A DNA stretch of 35,419 nt from a virus. Both the position numbers and the translations under genes were made by a program. The notes under the pieces are model-generated. The model was not told where the DNA came from and did no database searches. It saw only the letters and a program-made list of their open reading frames with translations. The stretch lies in the UHGV virus genome UHGV-0163616; one strand, written 5' to 3'. Positions 10,219 to 20,057 of the stretch are shown here, piece after piece; positions within the stretch are counted from its first letter, which is position 1, and the number at the start of each line of letters is the position of its first letter.

Positions 10219-11472
10219 TTACTGCCCGGCAATAACGATGCCCGTATATTCAGGAACAAGTACAGAGCAACCGTACAGGGTGGTGAAACGCGCAGTGGTT
10301 ACACCTTTGATGTGGTCGAAGGCGTAAGACATGATCAGCGTAGCGCCCTGCTCGGTGGTTGCTGTCATTACCTGTGGACCCTGACCAGTCGGGAACGCCA
10401 GTTTGCCGTACATCAGTTCAACAGAACCATCAGCCCAGAACAGGTTAGCCGGTGCGGCATTTTTGTTGAGAATGGTGATTGCTGCGCTACTTGCCGCATT
10501 AGCATCAACGTTTGCATATGGACGGCTGGCGACATCCGCGTTGTCAGGCGGCAGAATTTTCGGGGATATAGTTACTGTCGTTCCGCTAACTGCCAGAACG
10601 CGGAATACCTGCGGCTGCCCAGTGGTATCTTTGGTGATCTGGTGTACGGAATTCACCCCTGCGATGGTAAACGCATCGCCAACCTGCAAACCTTCAGCAG
10701 ATACCGTAATGGTCCCCTGTCGGTTATCCACTGGCATATCGTTAGCATCTTTCGCTTCAACCTTGTGCGCAGGTGCTGCTGCCAGCGTAATGGAAGTTGC
10801 TGTACCCTTCGGAACACGACCGGAAATATCGGTCTTGTAGCTATCGAAGGACGCAACCGGAGGGATCTGCGCTTTTTCGTATGCTGTCAGGGTTGCGCCC
10901 TGAGCATAAGCACGGTGACCAAGCTCGCCAGCAAGGTCTTTATAGTTGAAGGGATTCCAGAAAGAGCGGCGGTTGATACCCTGTGGTACACCAATCGCCG
11001 TCATGGTGGCATCAATACCTGCCGCACAGTTCCACAAATCACGGCCCTGTGAACCAGTGGTTGAGTCAGCCATTGTGATCACGTTAGTAGCACGCTGCGT
11101 GACCATGGAAATCAGGTCAGAGTCAATCTGTGCAGCAAGGCGCATACCTGCGGCGCGACCAGCTTCAGTTTTATGCTCAGGGTCACGCATTTCACGCGCA
11201 TCCAGAGTGTACAGAATGTTTTTCGGCTCCTTGAACACAGAAGGAACAAGGCGCTGAACCAGTGCTGTTGGCGTTTTGCTGCTGAGATCGAGGCCTTCTT
11301 CAATGTTCATGTGGTAATGCTGCGGACGATACAGAACATCACCTGCTCGCTGCATTGCTGTATCACCGGGACGGAATTTTTTAGCGTTACGGGAAACTAC
11401 GCAGGCGGCCTCAAAGCCTTCAACGTAGTTTTCGAACATGATTTCAAGGTCTTTTGCTAATTGGTTAGCCAT
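10219..11472 (-). CDS. Major capsid (coat) protein, P22 gp5 family
   Basis: 417 aa; local matches to P22 coat (KKFRPGDTAMQRAG vs KKYTPPAASMQRSS; FWADGSVELM vs FWADDAIRIV); flanked by scaffold and gp4. Confidence 0.85.
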   Translation of the reverse strand: MANQLAKDLEIMFENYVEGFEAACVVSRNAKKFRPGDTAMQRAGDVLYRPQHYHMNIEEGLDLSSKTPTALVQRLVPSVFKEPKNILYTLDAREMRDPEHKTEAGRAAGMRLAAQIDSDLISMVTQRATNVITMADSTTGSQGRDLWNCAAGIDATMTAIGVPQGINRRSFWNPFNYKDLAGELGHRAYAQGATLTAYEKAQIPPVASFDSYKTDISGRVPKGTATSITLAAAPAHKVEAKDANDMPVDNRQGTITVSAEGLQVGDAFTIAGVNSVHQITKDTTGQPQVFRVLAVSGTTVTISPKILPPDNADVASRPYANVDANAASSAAITILNKNAAPANLFWADGSVELMYGKLAFPTGQGPQVMTATTEQGATLIMSYAFDHIKGVTTARFTTLYGCSVLVPEYTGIVIAGQ

Positions 11473-11490
11473 GCTTAATGCTCCGATAGG

Positions 11491-12384
11491 TTATTTTTTT
11501 GCCTTTTTAGCGGCGAAATACGGCGTCCAGTCACCAGTTTCCAGCGCCTTGGCTTTCAGTTTGTCGAGGTTATTGATTACTGCGCCGTTGCTCCCCTTAA
11601 CTGTCGGGGTTGTGGCTGCCGTGGTTTTTGCTTTTGGCATGATTCTGGCCTTCGATTCGATACGTTCCAGCAGACGACCAATTGCTACGGGGTTAGTAGC
11701 TTCTGCCAGTTGCTTGCGCAGTTCAGCGTTGCGACCGAGCGCCAGAACAACGATTTCCGGCTTCTCTGACTCAAACAGGATCGCGTTTTGTGTCTCGATG
11801 GGAATTTCCTCGAGTACGGCCTGCTCAGCTTCCTGATAGCCAGGAACTTTGAGAGCCTTAACACGTTGCTGATATTTGGATAATCGCTCTTGATAGGCAG
11901 CCTGAAGTTCCTGCTCCTTCTGCTTGCGAGCCATCTCCTGTTGCTGGTACTTGCCGTTATCCTCTGCCCACTTAGCCATGCGTTGCTGGTAGATTTCTTC
12001 ATCGAAACCGATGTCCTCATCATCCAGTTTTGGCATTCGCGGTGGTTGAGTGATTGCCGGCTGCTGCTCGACGGGTTTCTGAGACTGACGCATCAGCTCT
12101 TTCAGCTCGCGGTCTTTCTCTTTAATCGTCTTGCGCAGGTGTTTTACCAGTCCATGCTCTGCGCCATCTTCGCTGGTTGGCGAATCCAGCTTTTCGTCAC
12201 CAAAGTAGAATTCCTGTTCTGATTCGTCGTCATCAGTTTCAGTAGCTTCCTCTGCATCATTGCCGGAGGACTCACTGCCATCTTCTGTTTCGACTTCTTC
12301 AGCCAGTTCGACATCATCAGGAATCTGCTCTGACGCGTCGGTTTCGATTTCAACTTCTGGTGTGTTTTCTGCCATCTGGTCCAT
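11491..12384 (-). CDS. Scaffolding protein
   Basis: 297 aa, highly acidic N-terminus, helical/charged, Lys-rich C-terminus; between portal and coat as in P22/Sf6. Confidence 0.8.
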   Translation of the reverse strand: MDQMAENTPEVEIETDASEQIPDDVELAEEVETEDGSESSGNDAEEATETDDDESEQEFYFGDEKLDSPTSEDGAEHGLVKHLRKTIKEKDRELKELMRQSQKPVEQQPAITQPPRMPKLDDEDIGFDEEIYQQRMAKWAEDNGKYQQQEMARKQKEQELQAAYQERLSKYQQRVKALKVPGYQEAEQAVLEEIPIETQNAILFESEKPEIVVLALGRNAELRKQLAEATNPVAIGRLLERIESKARIMPKAKTTAATTPTVKGSNGAVINNLDKLKAKALETGDWTPYFAAKKAKK

Positions 12385-12474
12385 TTGTTACCCCTGTTTA
12401 CTCGATGTTCAGCCCATCGGAAGGCAATAGGGTGCCAGGCCTCATAAAGACAGCCATTGCACGTTATGGGTTAA

Positions 12475-14673
12475 TTACTGCTGTGGTTGTTGCTGAGTTG
12501 ATTTTTGCAGGATGCTGCTGATGTCCATGCGCTGCGCATGACCCTGTGCCTGACTTTTCAGGACAAGCTCTGCATCAGCACGGGCATTGTCTCCTTGCTG
12601 TTGCTGGAACTGTCCGAGCAGTTTCAGAGCCTCGCGGATATCAGATTTCTGCTGACTATCGGCAGATGCGAGTATTTTCACAACATTTGCCGCTGCAACC
12701 TGAGCATCAGTCTGTGCCTGGAATGCTTTAACCTGAATGGCTGCCTGTTCGTTCTGCGCTTTCTGCAATTCAGCCTGACCAGCAAGAAGCTGACCTTGCG
12801 CAGCAACCATAGCCGGATCTGGCTGACTGGCCTGTTGTTGTTTCGCCTGCTCAACCATCTGCTGCTCTTCTGGAGTTCTCGGCTTGATAACTCCAGACAG
12901 AAGCAACTGATTGCGGTTGTATTCTTTGAGGTCGTCCATCCCTTCGCCGTCCATATTGTCGAGAATCATCGACGATACAAGGTCGTGCTTCGGCGTTCCT
13001 GGTGGGATAAGTGCCAGCATGGAAAGTAACGACTTAACCGTTGCATCACGGCGAGTAGCGAACGACTGACCGACATCGACAGTCACTTCATAGTTACCCT
13101 GCGAAAGGTCGTTAAGCGCGATAACCTGCCCTGTCTGACGGTCAACCACTTCACCAGTCATCAGCGCCACGTCATCGCTGCCGTCCTCATTAACGATGCG
13201 CATTGGCGTATCGCTGCCATAGACTTCACGCGCCATAGAAAGCCACACGACGCCAGCGCGGCGCATGGATTTAGCCATGTTGTCCATGTAGATATAGGAC
13301 TGCGTGTCCATCCGGTTAAAGATGCTATCAACGGTATCGGTAGCGACGTTGCTCGGCATATTCTCAAGCTGCGACGCACCTGTAATTTGCTGAATAGCCG
13401 TTCCGGTGTACTGCAATAGCCCGGCAAGAGCTGGAGGCATTTGTGTCGGAGGCGTATAACTGCTGACCTGAGCCTGCGCAGTAATATCTCCGTTTTTGTT
13501 TTTCAGACTGACCATCGGCAGGAACGCCGGGCGCTTTTTGTTGCGCTCCGCCCAATGAGTGGCGAGAGGACCAGGAATCATGTCAACATCAACTACAGGA
13601 ATGCCATCACCGCCAGCCTGAGTAGCGTTATCTGCAATCATGGAAACCATCAGGTTCTCAAGACGCTGTGCATCCATCGCTTTTGCTGCGTGACCTTCGA
13701 TTCGCTCCTGATTATCAACAAATGATCGACGCCCATATACCGGGATGAGAGGAATATGTTCGCCCGGAATACGCTTCGGTTCTTCCAGCCATTCAGCGCC
13801 AGACAGAAGACCGCAATAAACGCGGCGCTTCTTCACCGTTCGCTCGCCAATCAGTTCGAATGCACCATCGGTCAGCTCGTCGACAATATCTTTGATTTGT
13901 TCTTCATCATAGATTGCCGTTTCTCCGCTAACAGGGTTGCGCCACGCCGTGAGCTTCACCTTCTCTATGCGAACTTCGTAGTAGCGTCCAACATAGATGG
14001 CATCGGGCGTTGACCAGTCATATTGAGTGCCAGTGTCATCACGAGAAAGGCTTGCCGCGATGGAATCAGGGTATTCAGCCTCGAACGCTTTGGGCGTCAT
14101 GGAGAACATTTCCATAGCCCACATAGCATCAGAGCGGTCATATTGCTTGCTGTCCTGATCAAAGAAGACGCATGTCGCTGGGTCGTAAACAGGAAGAAGG
14201 CTGATGCGGCGCTGCTCGTTACTCGGATCCATTTCATCTTCGTAATCGGCACACATGCGGAAACAACCGAATCCGCCCGTTACAGCATCATCAAATGCGT
14301 TATCACACGCTTCACCACCGGATGTTTCCTGGTAATCAGCGCGGAATTTGCCGTTCATCTTTTCGGCTAACGCTTCCGATGCCTTATCGTCCTTCGGCCT
14401 GAATTTAACGCTGATGCGATTCTGTCGATACTCGCCAATGATGCGATCACATTCACGGGCAATCTTATTCAGTTCAAAGCGCGGGTAATGCTCAAACCTG
14501 CCTTCATCAAATGAGTAACCAGCGTTTGTGCTGCCTTCCCACTGTGCGCCGGACACCCGGACGAAACGTTGAGCCTCAATAATCTGCTCACGCATATCCT
14601 GCGTTGCTGACCAGGCATTATCAAAGTTGCACAGCACCTTGCGATGCCAGTCAGTCATCTTTTTTTCTGCCAT
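12475..14673 (-). CDS. Portal protein, P22 gp1 family
   Basis: 732 aa; conserved blocks shared with P22 portal (VYCGLLSGAEWLEEPKRIPGEHIPLIPVYG; C-terminal QGQLLAGQAELQKAQNEQ... barrel region). Confidence 0.9.
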   Translation of the reverse strand: MAEKKMTDWHRKVLCNFDNAWSATQDMREQIIEAQRFVRVSGAQWEGSTNAGYSFDEGRFEHYPRFELNKIARECDRIIGEYRQNRISVKFRPKDDKASEALAEKMNGKFRADYQETSGGEACDNAFDDAVTGGFGCFRMCADYEDEMDPSNEQRRISLLPVYDPATCVFFDQDSKQYDRSDAMWAMEMFSMTPKAFEAEYPDSIAASLSRDDTGTQYDWSTPDAIYVGRYYEVRIEKVKLTAWRNPVSGETAIYDEEQIKDIVDELTDGAFELIGERTVKKRRVYCGLLSGAEWLEEPKRIPGEHIPLIPVYGRRSFVDNQERIEGHAAKAMDAQRLENLMVSMIADNATQAGGDGIPVVDVDMIPGPLATHWAERNKKRPAFLPMVSLKNKNGDITAQAQVSSYTPPTQMPPALAGLLQYTGTAIQQITGASQLENMPSNVATDTVDSIFNRMDTQSYIYMDNMAKSMRRAGVVWLSMAREVYGSDTPMRIVNEDGSDDVALMTGEVVDRQTGQVIALNDLSQGNYEVTVDVGQSFATRRDATVKSLLSMLALIPPGTPKHDLVSSMILDNMDGEGMDDLKEYNRNQLLLSGVIKPRTPEEQQMVEQAKQQQASQPDPAMVAAQGQLLAGQAELQKAQNEQAAIQVKAFQAQTDAQVAAANVVKILASADSQQKSDIREALKLLGQFQQQQGDNARADAELVLKSQAQGHAQRMDISSILQKSTQQQPQQ

Positions 14674-14674
14674 A

Positions 14675-16090
14675 TCAACCTACACCACAAGGAATTGAGT
14701 AACTGGAATAGTCGGGTTGCGCAGCCGACTCCGGGCAATGCATACACATCATCAGCGCATCAGCCAGGTTAGGAGATGGAATACCGAGCTTCTGCTTCAT
14801 TTCGACCTTAGTCATAAGCTCCAGCTTCCCGTTGTTATTGAATTTGCGCTGAATCTGCGTCAGTTCTGCAAACAGCTTCTCCAGCATCTTCTCGCCTATC
14901 GCTTCTTTGTCGAAACTCAGCATGTCGTCGTGGTCCGCATACTCACCGTGAACAACCGCCCGATATGTCAGATACAGCCTGTCAGCCAGCGCGTAATAGA
15001 ATTGCGCTCGCTTATTGCGGAATACATCGCCAATAGTGCGAACGTTGTCGCCCTGTACGACTTCATCAGCCCATGCTCCGGCCTGATACGGTGCATCTTC
15101 ATCGAATGGCGATTCGCTGCCCTTGAACATCGTGGCGGTGATTTTCTTACCGGAGAATGCTTCCGTTGTCTGTCTGCGCAGCCCAGCACCAACACCATCG
15201 CCATCCCACAAGTAGTGGTCAGCACCGTCTTCAATCGCCAGCGAAGTAGCCCAGTCAGCACCCTCGTTGATGTCCATCAGCAGACCTTCGGCAATACGCT
15301 TAACAACCGAACCGTGACGCGATGCATAACCTTTAGCATCTGGTCCTGTATCTGACGGGTCATGCGCAGAGACAACAGCGCCTTTCGCTTTCCATCCGAG
15401 TTTCTTGTGCGCATCGGTTGCGGCTTCAAGCCATTCACGTTTGATGATTGCCATATCACTTGCGCTTACTGGCTCACCAAGCCAGATGTGACGATACAGT
15501 GTCGGATTTCTGCGTTTACACTCTTCCATCTCCAGACGGAGAACTTCAGGAAAGTGCGGGTTGTCGGTGTAGTTCACCGTCAGCAGACAAATATCATCGG
15601 GAGGATTTACAACGAATCGCTGATAGGTATCGTCAAGGATGTTCTTCGGGTTAAAGCTCACCCATATTTCAGAGAACGGCTTACGGATGGTCGGTATCAG
15701 AATATCCCATGATTCCTTCGTTACCGCTTCCGCTTCCTCCACCCAGCAGATATCAATACCTTCTAACGATTTAATCTTCGTCGGGTTGTTTTTGATGCCG
15801 TAGAACATGAATTCAGCATTCGTTCCGAGATGACGAATCATGGAACGCTGAATTTCAAACTCAGCCGAATACCCTTCACGCTCGATGGTATCTTCAAGCA
15901 ACCGGATTACCGAATCGCTGATACTGTTTTGCAGTTCACGAGCGCAGAGAATACGCACCGGCTGCCGACGCGCCGCTTCAACAAGCAGCCTCGCAATTGC
16001 CCATGACTTACCGCTACCTCGACCGCCTTTGGCGACTTTGTAGCGATGCGCCTCAATGAACGGTTCAAAGATAGGATTAATCGAGGTCAT
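14675..16090 (-). CDS. Terminase large subunit (Sf6 gp2-like, headful packaging)
   Basis: 471 aa; Walker A KGGRGSGKSW near N-terminus; C-terminal nuclease-like region; overlaps small terminase stop. Confidence 0.9.
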   Translation of the reverse strand: MTSINPIFEPFIEAHRYKVAKGGRGSGKSWAIARLLVEAARRQPVRILCARELQNSISDSVIRLLEDTIEREGYSAEFEIQRSMIRHLGTNAEFMFYGIKNNPTKIKSLEGIDICWVEEAEAVTKESWDILIPTIRKPFSEIWVSFNPKNILDDTYQRFVVNPPDDICLLTVNYTDNPHFPEVLRLEMEECKRRNPTLYRHIWLGEPVSASDMAIIKREWLEAATDAHKKLGWKAKGAVVSAHDPSDTGPDAKGYASRHGSVVKRIAEGLLMDINEGADWATSLAIEDGADHYLWDGDGVGAGLRRQTTEAFSGKKITATMFKGSESPFDEDAPYQAGAWADEVVQGDNVRTIGDVFRNKRAQFYYALADRLYLTYRAVVHGEYADHDDMLSFDKEAIGEKMLEKLFAELTQIQRKFNNNGKLELMTKVEMKQKLGIPSPNLADALMMCMHCPESAAQPDYSSYSIPCGVG

Positions 16091-16527
16091 TTTCCGAATA
16101 GAGTGCTCATCGGTGATGTTTCAATCTGGATTGCGCCGCCGTCTTTGCCTGTTAGCTCGTGATCAACCTTGTCGCGCCATTTATCCTTCTGTCGGTTCTT
16201 GAGCCAGAAGATGGCAGCTGTTGTATCAGGCGGGTAATACTTCTCAAGCGGAGTTTCGACAATTCTGTTTTCAATAACACGAATATCGATGTCTGGAGCC
16301 ACGAAGCCCATAGCGCGTTGATAAAGACGGTCACTAACTTCTGCATCAGCGACGGCCTTACCCTTTTTTATGGACTCCGAAAACTCAGGATAATCAAGCT
16401 TCCACTTGTTAATAGTTGACTCACTGACTTCGAAGAAATCAGCAAGCTCTGCATCGGTGTAGCCCAGCAAGCACAGTTTGCGTGCCTGTTCGGCGTACGC
16501 CTCTTGATACTTTGTTGGGCGCGCCAT
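16087..16527 (-). CDS. Terminase small subunit
   Basis: 146 aa with N-terminal HTH-like region (LGYTDAELADFFEVSESTINKWK); immediately upstream of and overlapping the large terminase. Confidence 0.7.
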   Translation of the reverse strand: MARPTKYQEAYAEQARKLCLLGYTDAELADFFEVSESTINKWKLDYPEFSESIKKGKAVADAEVSDRLYQRAMGFVAPDIDIRVIENRIVETPLEKYYPPDTTAAIFWLKNRQKDKWRDKVDHELTGKDGGAIQIETSPMSTLFGK

Positions 16528-16529
16528 GT

Positions 16530-16772
16530 TTATGCTCCGGTAGTGAACAGGTCTAACGCTTCCTTCGATTTACGCACCGCTTCGAATGTGCGGATCGTGA
16601 TATCCGAATTAGCGCCGCCTGACTGGAAGTGAATTTTGAATAGCTCAAGCTTCAGTTCGTCAGTGCCAATGAATTGAAATGCTTCTTCTGCGGCTGCGTT
16701 CTGGTTCATGACCAGTTTATAAATCTCTAACTGGAATTTCTGTTCTTCAGTCATGGGAATAATCTCTGCCAT
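16530..16772 (-). CDS. Hypothetical protein upstream of terminase
   Basis: 80 aa ORF ending 3 nt before the small terminase start; no recognisable motif. Confidence 0.5.
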   Translation of the reverse strand: MAEIIPMTEEQKFQLEIYKLVMNQNAAAEEAFQFIGTDELKLELFKIHFQSGGANSDITIRTFEAVRKSKEALDLFTTGA

Positions 16773-16876
16773 TGTTGGCTCCGTTTATCCGTTAAAAGGG
16801 ATATCAGTTAAGTTATCCCGTGTAGGGTATAAGCCATTATCAAAGCCACTCAGTAAGGAATGGCTTTTGTGATAGC

Positions 16877-16901
16877 AATAAAAAAGGCCGCCTGGGCGAC
16901 C
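16877..16901 (-). terminator. Candidate intrinsic terminator (GGUCGC-CCAG-GCGGCC then UUUUUUAUU on minus strand)
   Basis: 6-bp GC-rich stem (one G-U pair) with tetraloop and U-tract read from sequence, between a degraded-looking region and the packaging genes. Confidence 0.45.
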
Positions 16902-17311
16902 TGTTAGTTGTTCACAACTTCCATTGAAGGTCCGGTATGTCGAAAAATGATCCGCATTTAGGGGGATTTTCCATTCTTGCCCTCTCTTCAGCCGCTTTGT
17001 AATAAGCCATTGGCCTTTTCACACCATCAGCACCAGTGATATATTCAACGCCTTCCTTCTGGTCTTTGTTTACGGAAACCATCGCAACATCTTCCACTTG
17101 TTCGTTATCGATTCAGCGGATGTCTTTCCATCAGTCCGCCACCACAAAGAATCTTTTTTGCCATAAGGCTGGAGGTTCATCTTTCAGTGGCTGCCAGTGT
17201 TATTTCCCCACTTACTGGCCTGGGTTGTTTCGCTGTACTGCCGTTAATTGGTGGCCCAGAATAAATTCCGGTTTCATTATCAAGCCCACCCGTAAATGGG
17301 CTTTGTAATGG

Positions 17312-17569
17312 CTACTTCACTTTTGCTTCCGCTCGCTTACGCCGGCGCTCTTCTTTCCTCTCGGCTTTTGCCATGTCCATGAATGCCTGCATGATCGAGT
17401 TCCGCATCATGTAGCTAACAAAGTGATGATTGACACAGCCGTTGAGGCGCAGCTGCTCGCCAAACTCATCCACCGAGGCCAATGCTTCCATCATGCCCTT
17501 CTCGCCTTTCATGAACTCTGAGAAGTCGCGCCCCGCTCTGGAGGCGCATTCAATAACCCGATCACTCAT
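17312..17569 (-). CDS. Hypothetical protein, downstream partner of KilA-N protein
   Basis: 85 aa; start overlaps KilA-N stop (ATGA); Lys/Arg-rich C-terminus. Confidence 0.5.
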   Translation of the reverse strand: MSDRVIECASRAGRDFSEFMKGEKGMMEALASVDEFGEQLRLNGCVNHHFVSYMMRNSIMQAFMDMAKAERKEERRRKRAEAKVK

Positions 17570-18099
17570 CCCGGAAGCCCGGGGATCGTAATCTGCAGCT
17601 GGTTAGCCAGGGAGTTAATCTCAGCGACCAACACTGGCTTCGTATAGCGCCATGCTGCCAGCCCTTGTCCGCAGAAGCTCGCCATGTCTTTCTTCTGGTC
17701 AAACTCATGACATTTCATGTTGAGCTGCGCACTTAAGCTGTTGCGATGCTGAAGTTCTCCGGTGAAGTAGTCATCGAGGACTTTATAGGCCGCGTACTTG
17801 AACCCGGGGTTTAACCAAGCCGCATAATCGTAAGCAACAAACTTCCCGCCATATGTTCCACCGTGTACACCGCGCTCAGTAAAAACCACAGATTCGTGGT
17901 TTTTCTCCAGCTCGGCTAAGAACTCTTTGGTCTGCTTGTTTCGCAGGTAGTGGTACGGAGATTCAGATTCACTTTTACCACTGGCTTTCCACATATCAGT
18001 GAGGCAGATCATTCCTGATTCATCAACACGGATCGGTGTATTAAAAAGCGTGATTGCTTTCATAGCGTCTTTACCTTTTAGAAAGTGAGCCTGTCTCAC
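17566..18099 (-). CDS. KilA-N domain protein
   Basis: 177 aa; N-terminal region (ICLTDMWKASGKSESESPYHYLRNKQTKEFLAELEKN) resembles the KilA-N DNA-binding domain; sits between lysis cassette and terminase. Confidence 0.65.
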   Translation of the reverse strand: MRQAHFLKGKDAMKAITLFNTPIRVDESGMICLTDMWKASGKSESESPYHYLRNKQTKEFLAELEKNHESVVFTERGVHGGTYGGKFVAYDYAAWLNPGFKYAAYKVLDDYFTGELQHRNSLSAQLNMKCHEFDQKKDMASFCGQGLAAWRYTKPVLVAEINSLANQLQITIPGLPG

Positions 18100-18207
18100 A
18101 GAAAAGCCGCCCGAGAGAGGTCGCCACCTATAACGGCATTTCTCAGGCTCGCTTACTGAAAGGCTCTCGTTAATATGCGCGTGAGATGCGCTGTGAAATT
18201 CAGATAT

Positions 18208-18231
18208 AAAAAAGCCCCGCGAATGCGAGGC
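18208..18231 (-). terminator. Candidate intrinsic terminator downstream of Rz (GCCUCGC-AUUC-GCGGGGC then UUUUUU)
   Basis: 7-bp stem with one G-U pair plus U6 tract on the minus strand, read from sequence. Confidence 0.5.
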
Positions 18232-18406
18232 TAAATCCTGGTATTTGTAATGAACTGGCTCTTATCTCAACGCAGCCCCTTACTGCGCGCCAGATGCTCA
18301 ATATCAAGCATCAGCAATGAGATGTTTAATCTGGATTTACTCCAGAAGTGATCACCACCCTGTCTACAGAGCCAGATGTGAAGGATGATGAGTAAAATTA
18401 TCGCTA

Positions 18407-18844
18407 TCATCGAAGGCATTGCGTCCTGATGTACTCCTGCAGGTAGTTAACCTGCGCGGTTATCCTGTCGATTCCACTTCGTAGACGGTAATAATTGAGT
18501 TCAGCATCTGCTGTAAGTCTTGGGCTTTCTCCATCGCCCATGCTGCTGGCTCCGGTCGTTGACTTTGCACAGGTGGCGGCGACTTGCAGGCGCTTACGCC
18601 CAGCAGAAACATCAGCACGGAGGCTTTCGATAGTCGCGTTAGCATCAGCAAGCTCCTTTGTATATCTGGCATCGAGTTCCGCTACGTCACGTTGACGCTT
18701 CTGCATATCAGCGATTGTGGATGTGGCTTTATCGCGCTGCTCTTTGTAGGCGATGGCGTTATCACGGTAATGATTAACAGCCCATGACAGGCAGACGATG
18801 ATGCAGATAACCAGAGAGGAGATAATCGCGGTGACTCTGCTCAT
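18407..18844 (-). CDS. Rz: Rz i-spanin
   Basis: 145 aa; N-terminus [31 protein letters not shown] near-identical to lambda Rz; start overlaps R stop. Confidence 0.9.
   Translation of the reverse strand: MSRVTAIISSLVICIIVCLSWAVNHYRDNAIAYKEQRDKATSTIADMQKRQRDVAELDARYTKELADANATIESLRADVSAGRKRLQVAATCAKSTTGASSMGDGESPRLTADAELNYYRLRSGIDRITAQVNYLQEYIRTQCLR
18460..18645 (-). CDS. Rz1: Rz1 o-spanin (lipoprotein) embedded in the +1 frame of Rz
   Basis: Embedded ORF with signal peptide and lipobox ([20 protein letters not shown]) followed by Pro-rich segment; start chosen at internal ATG 18645. Confidence 0.7.
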   Translation of the reverse strand: MLTRLSKASVLMFLLGVSACKSPPPVQSQRPEPAAWAMEKAQDLQQMLNSIITVYEVESTG

Positions 18845-19317
18845 ACCTCAATCTCTCTGACCGTTCCGCCTGCTTCTTTGAATTTTGCAATCAGGCTGTC
18901 AGCCTTATGCTCGAACTGACCATAACCAGCCCCCGGAAGTGAAGCCCAGATATTGCTGCAACGGTCGATAGCCTGACGAATATCACCGCGATCAATCATC
19001 GGTAAAGCGCCACGCTCCTTAATCTGCTGCAATGCAACAGCATCCTGGCTTTTAGGAGAGAAGTCTTTCAGGCCAAGCTGCTTACGATAGGCATCCCACC
19101 AACGGGAAAGAAGCTGGTAACGTCCGGCGGCTGTTGATTTGAGTTTTGGGTTTAGCGTGACAAGTTTGCGAGGGTGATCGGAGTAATCAGTGAATAGCTC
19201 TCCGCCAACAATGACGTCATAACCATGATTTCTGGTTTTCTGCCGTCCGTTATCAGTTCCCTCCGACCACGCCAGCATATCGAGGAACGCCTTACGTTGA
19301 TTATTGATTTCCACCAT
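18841..19317 (-). CDS. R: Endolysin (lytic transglycosylase), lambda R
   Basis: 158 aa; matches remembered lambda R essentially end to end ([35 protein letters not shown]...). Confidence 0.95.
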   Translation of the reverse strand: MVEINNQRKAFLDMLAWSEGTDNGRQKTRNHGYDVIVGGELFTDYSDHPRKLVTLNPKLKSTAAGRYQLLSRWWDAYRKQLGLKDFSPKSQDAVALQQIKERGALPMIDRGDIRQAIDRCSNIWASLPGAGYGQFEHKADSLIAKFKEAGGTVREIEV

Positions 19318-19624
19318 CTTCTACTCCGGCTTTTTTAGCAGCGAAGCGTTTGATAAGCGAACCAATCGAGTCAGTACCGATGTAGCCGATGAACACGCTA
19401 GTTATATAAGCGAGATTGCTACTTAGTCCGGCGAAGTCGAGAAGGTCACGAATGAACCAGGCGATAATGGCGCACATCGTTGCGTCGATTACTGTTTTTG
19501 TAAACGCACCGCCATTATATCTGCCGCGAAGGTACGCCATTGCAAACGCAAGGATTGCCCCGATGCCTTGTTCCTTTGCCGCGAGAATGGCGGCTAACAG
19601 GTCATGTTTTTCTGGCATCTTCAT
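19301..19624 (-). CDS. S: Holin/antiholin, lambda S (dual-start MKM)
   Basis: 107 aa; matches remembered lambda S107 essentially end to end, including the Met-Lys-Met dual start; DNA upstream matches lambda S leader. Confidence 0.95.
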   Translation of the reverse strand: MKMPEKHDLLAAILAAKEQGIGAILAFAMAYLRGRYNGGAFTKTVIDATMCAIIAWFIRDLLDFAGLSSNLAYITSVFIGYIGTDSIGSLIKRFAAKKAGVEDGGNQ

Positions 19625-19915
19625 GTCTTACCCCCAATAAGGGGATTTGCTCTATTTAATTAGGAATAAGATCGATTACTGATAGAACAAATCCAGGCTA
19701 CTGTGTTTAGTAATCAGATTTGTTCGTGACCGATATGCACGGGCAAAACGGCAGGAGGTTGTTAGCGCAGCCTCTTGCCACCCGCCTTCACGAAGCCAGC
19801 CATTGCGCTGGTTTTCTTTTATGCAAAGCACACCGCACCGTAGCCACAGCGGATAAGGTGATTATTTTTGTCTGTCTGGTATTTGGTTTGATGTGCTTTC
19901 AGAAAGGCCGTGCTT

Positions 19916-19950
19916 AAAACGCAAAAAGCCCCGAGCTATTAACTCAGGGC
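19916..19950 (-). terminator. tR'-like intrinsic terminator of the short PR' leader RNA (GCCCUGAG-UUAAUAG-CUCGGGGC then UUUUUGCGUUUU)
   Basis: Perfect 8-bp stem and U-tract on minus strand, about 30-65 nt downstream of the PR' start; read from sequence. Confidence 0.7.
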
Positions 19951-19986
19951 TTTATTTAACGAGTGCATTTATCCATCGTTAGGTCA

Positions 19987-20015
19987 AATTTACCCAACTT
20001 TATTCAAAAAGTCAA
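19987..20015 (-). promoter_or_regulatory. Late promoter PR' with qut-like pause region (-35 TTGACT, 17-bp spacer, -10 TAAATT; AACGAT pause motif just downstream)
   Basis: Minus-strand sequence ATTGACTTTTTGAATAAAGTTGGGTAAATTTGACCTAACGATGG is almost identical to the remembered lambda PR'/qut sequence; 40-70 bp downstream of the Q stop. Confidence 0.75.
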
Positions 20016-20057
20016 TATTATGCCGTTAATATGTTGCCATCCGTGGCAATCATGCTG

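Noticed and set aside
10165-11472. Long antisense ORFs inside the coat gene (10165-11052 plus, 10403-10840 plus and others)
   Set aside because: They overlap a well-supported P22-family coat gene on the opposite strand and have odd Cys/Arg-rich composition typical of antisense frames in GC-rich coding DNA. The same applies to antisense ORFs within portal, terminase, gp16, tailspike and helicase.
16912-17097. 61-aa ORF as a genuine gene
   Set aside because: It reads like a fragment of a longer frame-shifted coding region and lacks a convincing ribosome-binding site; treated as part of a possible pseudogene instead.
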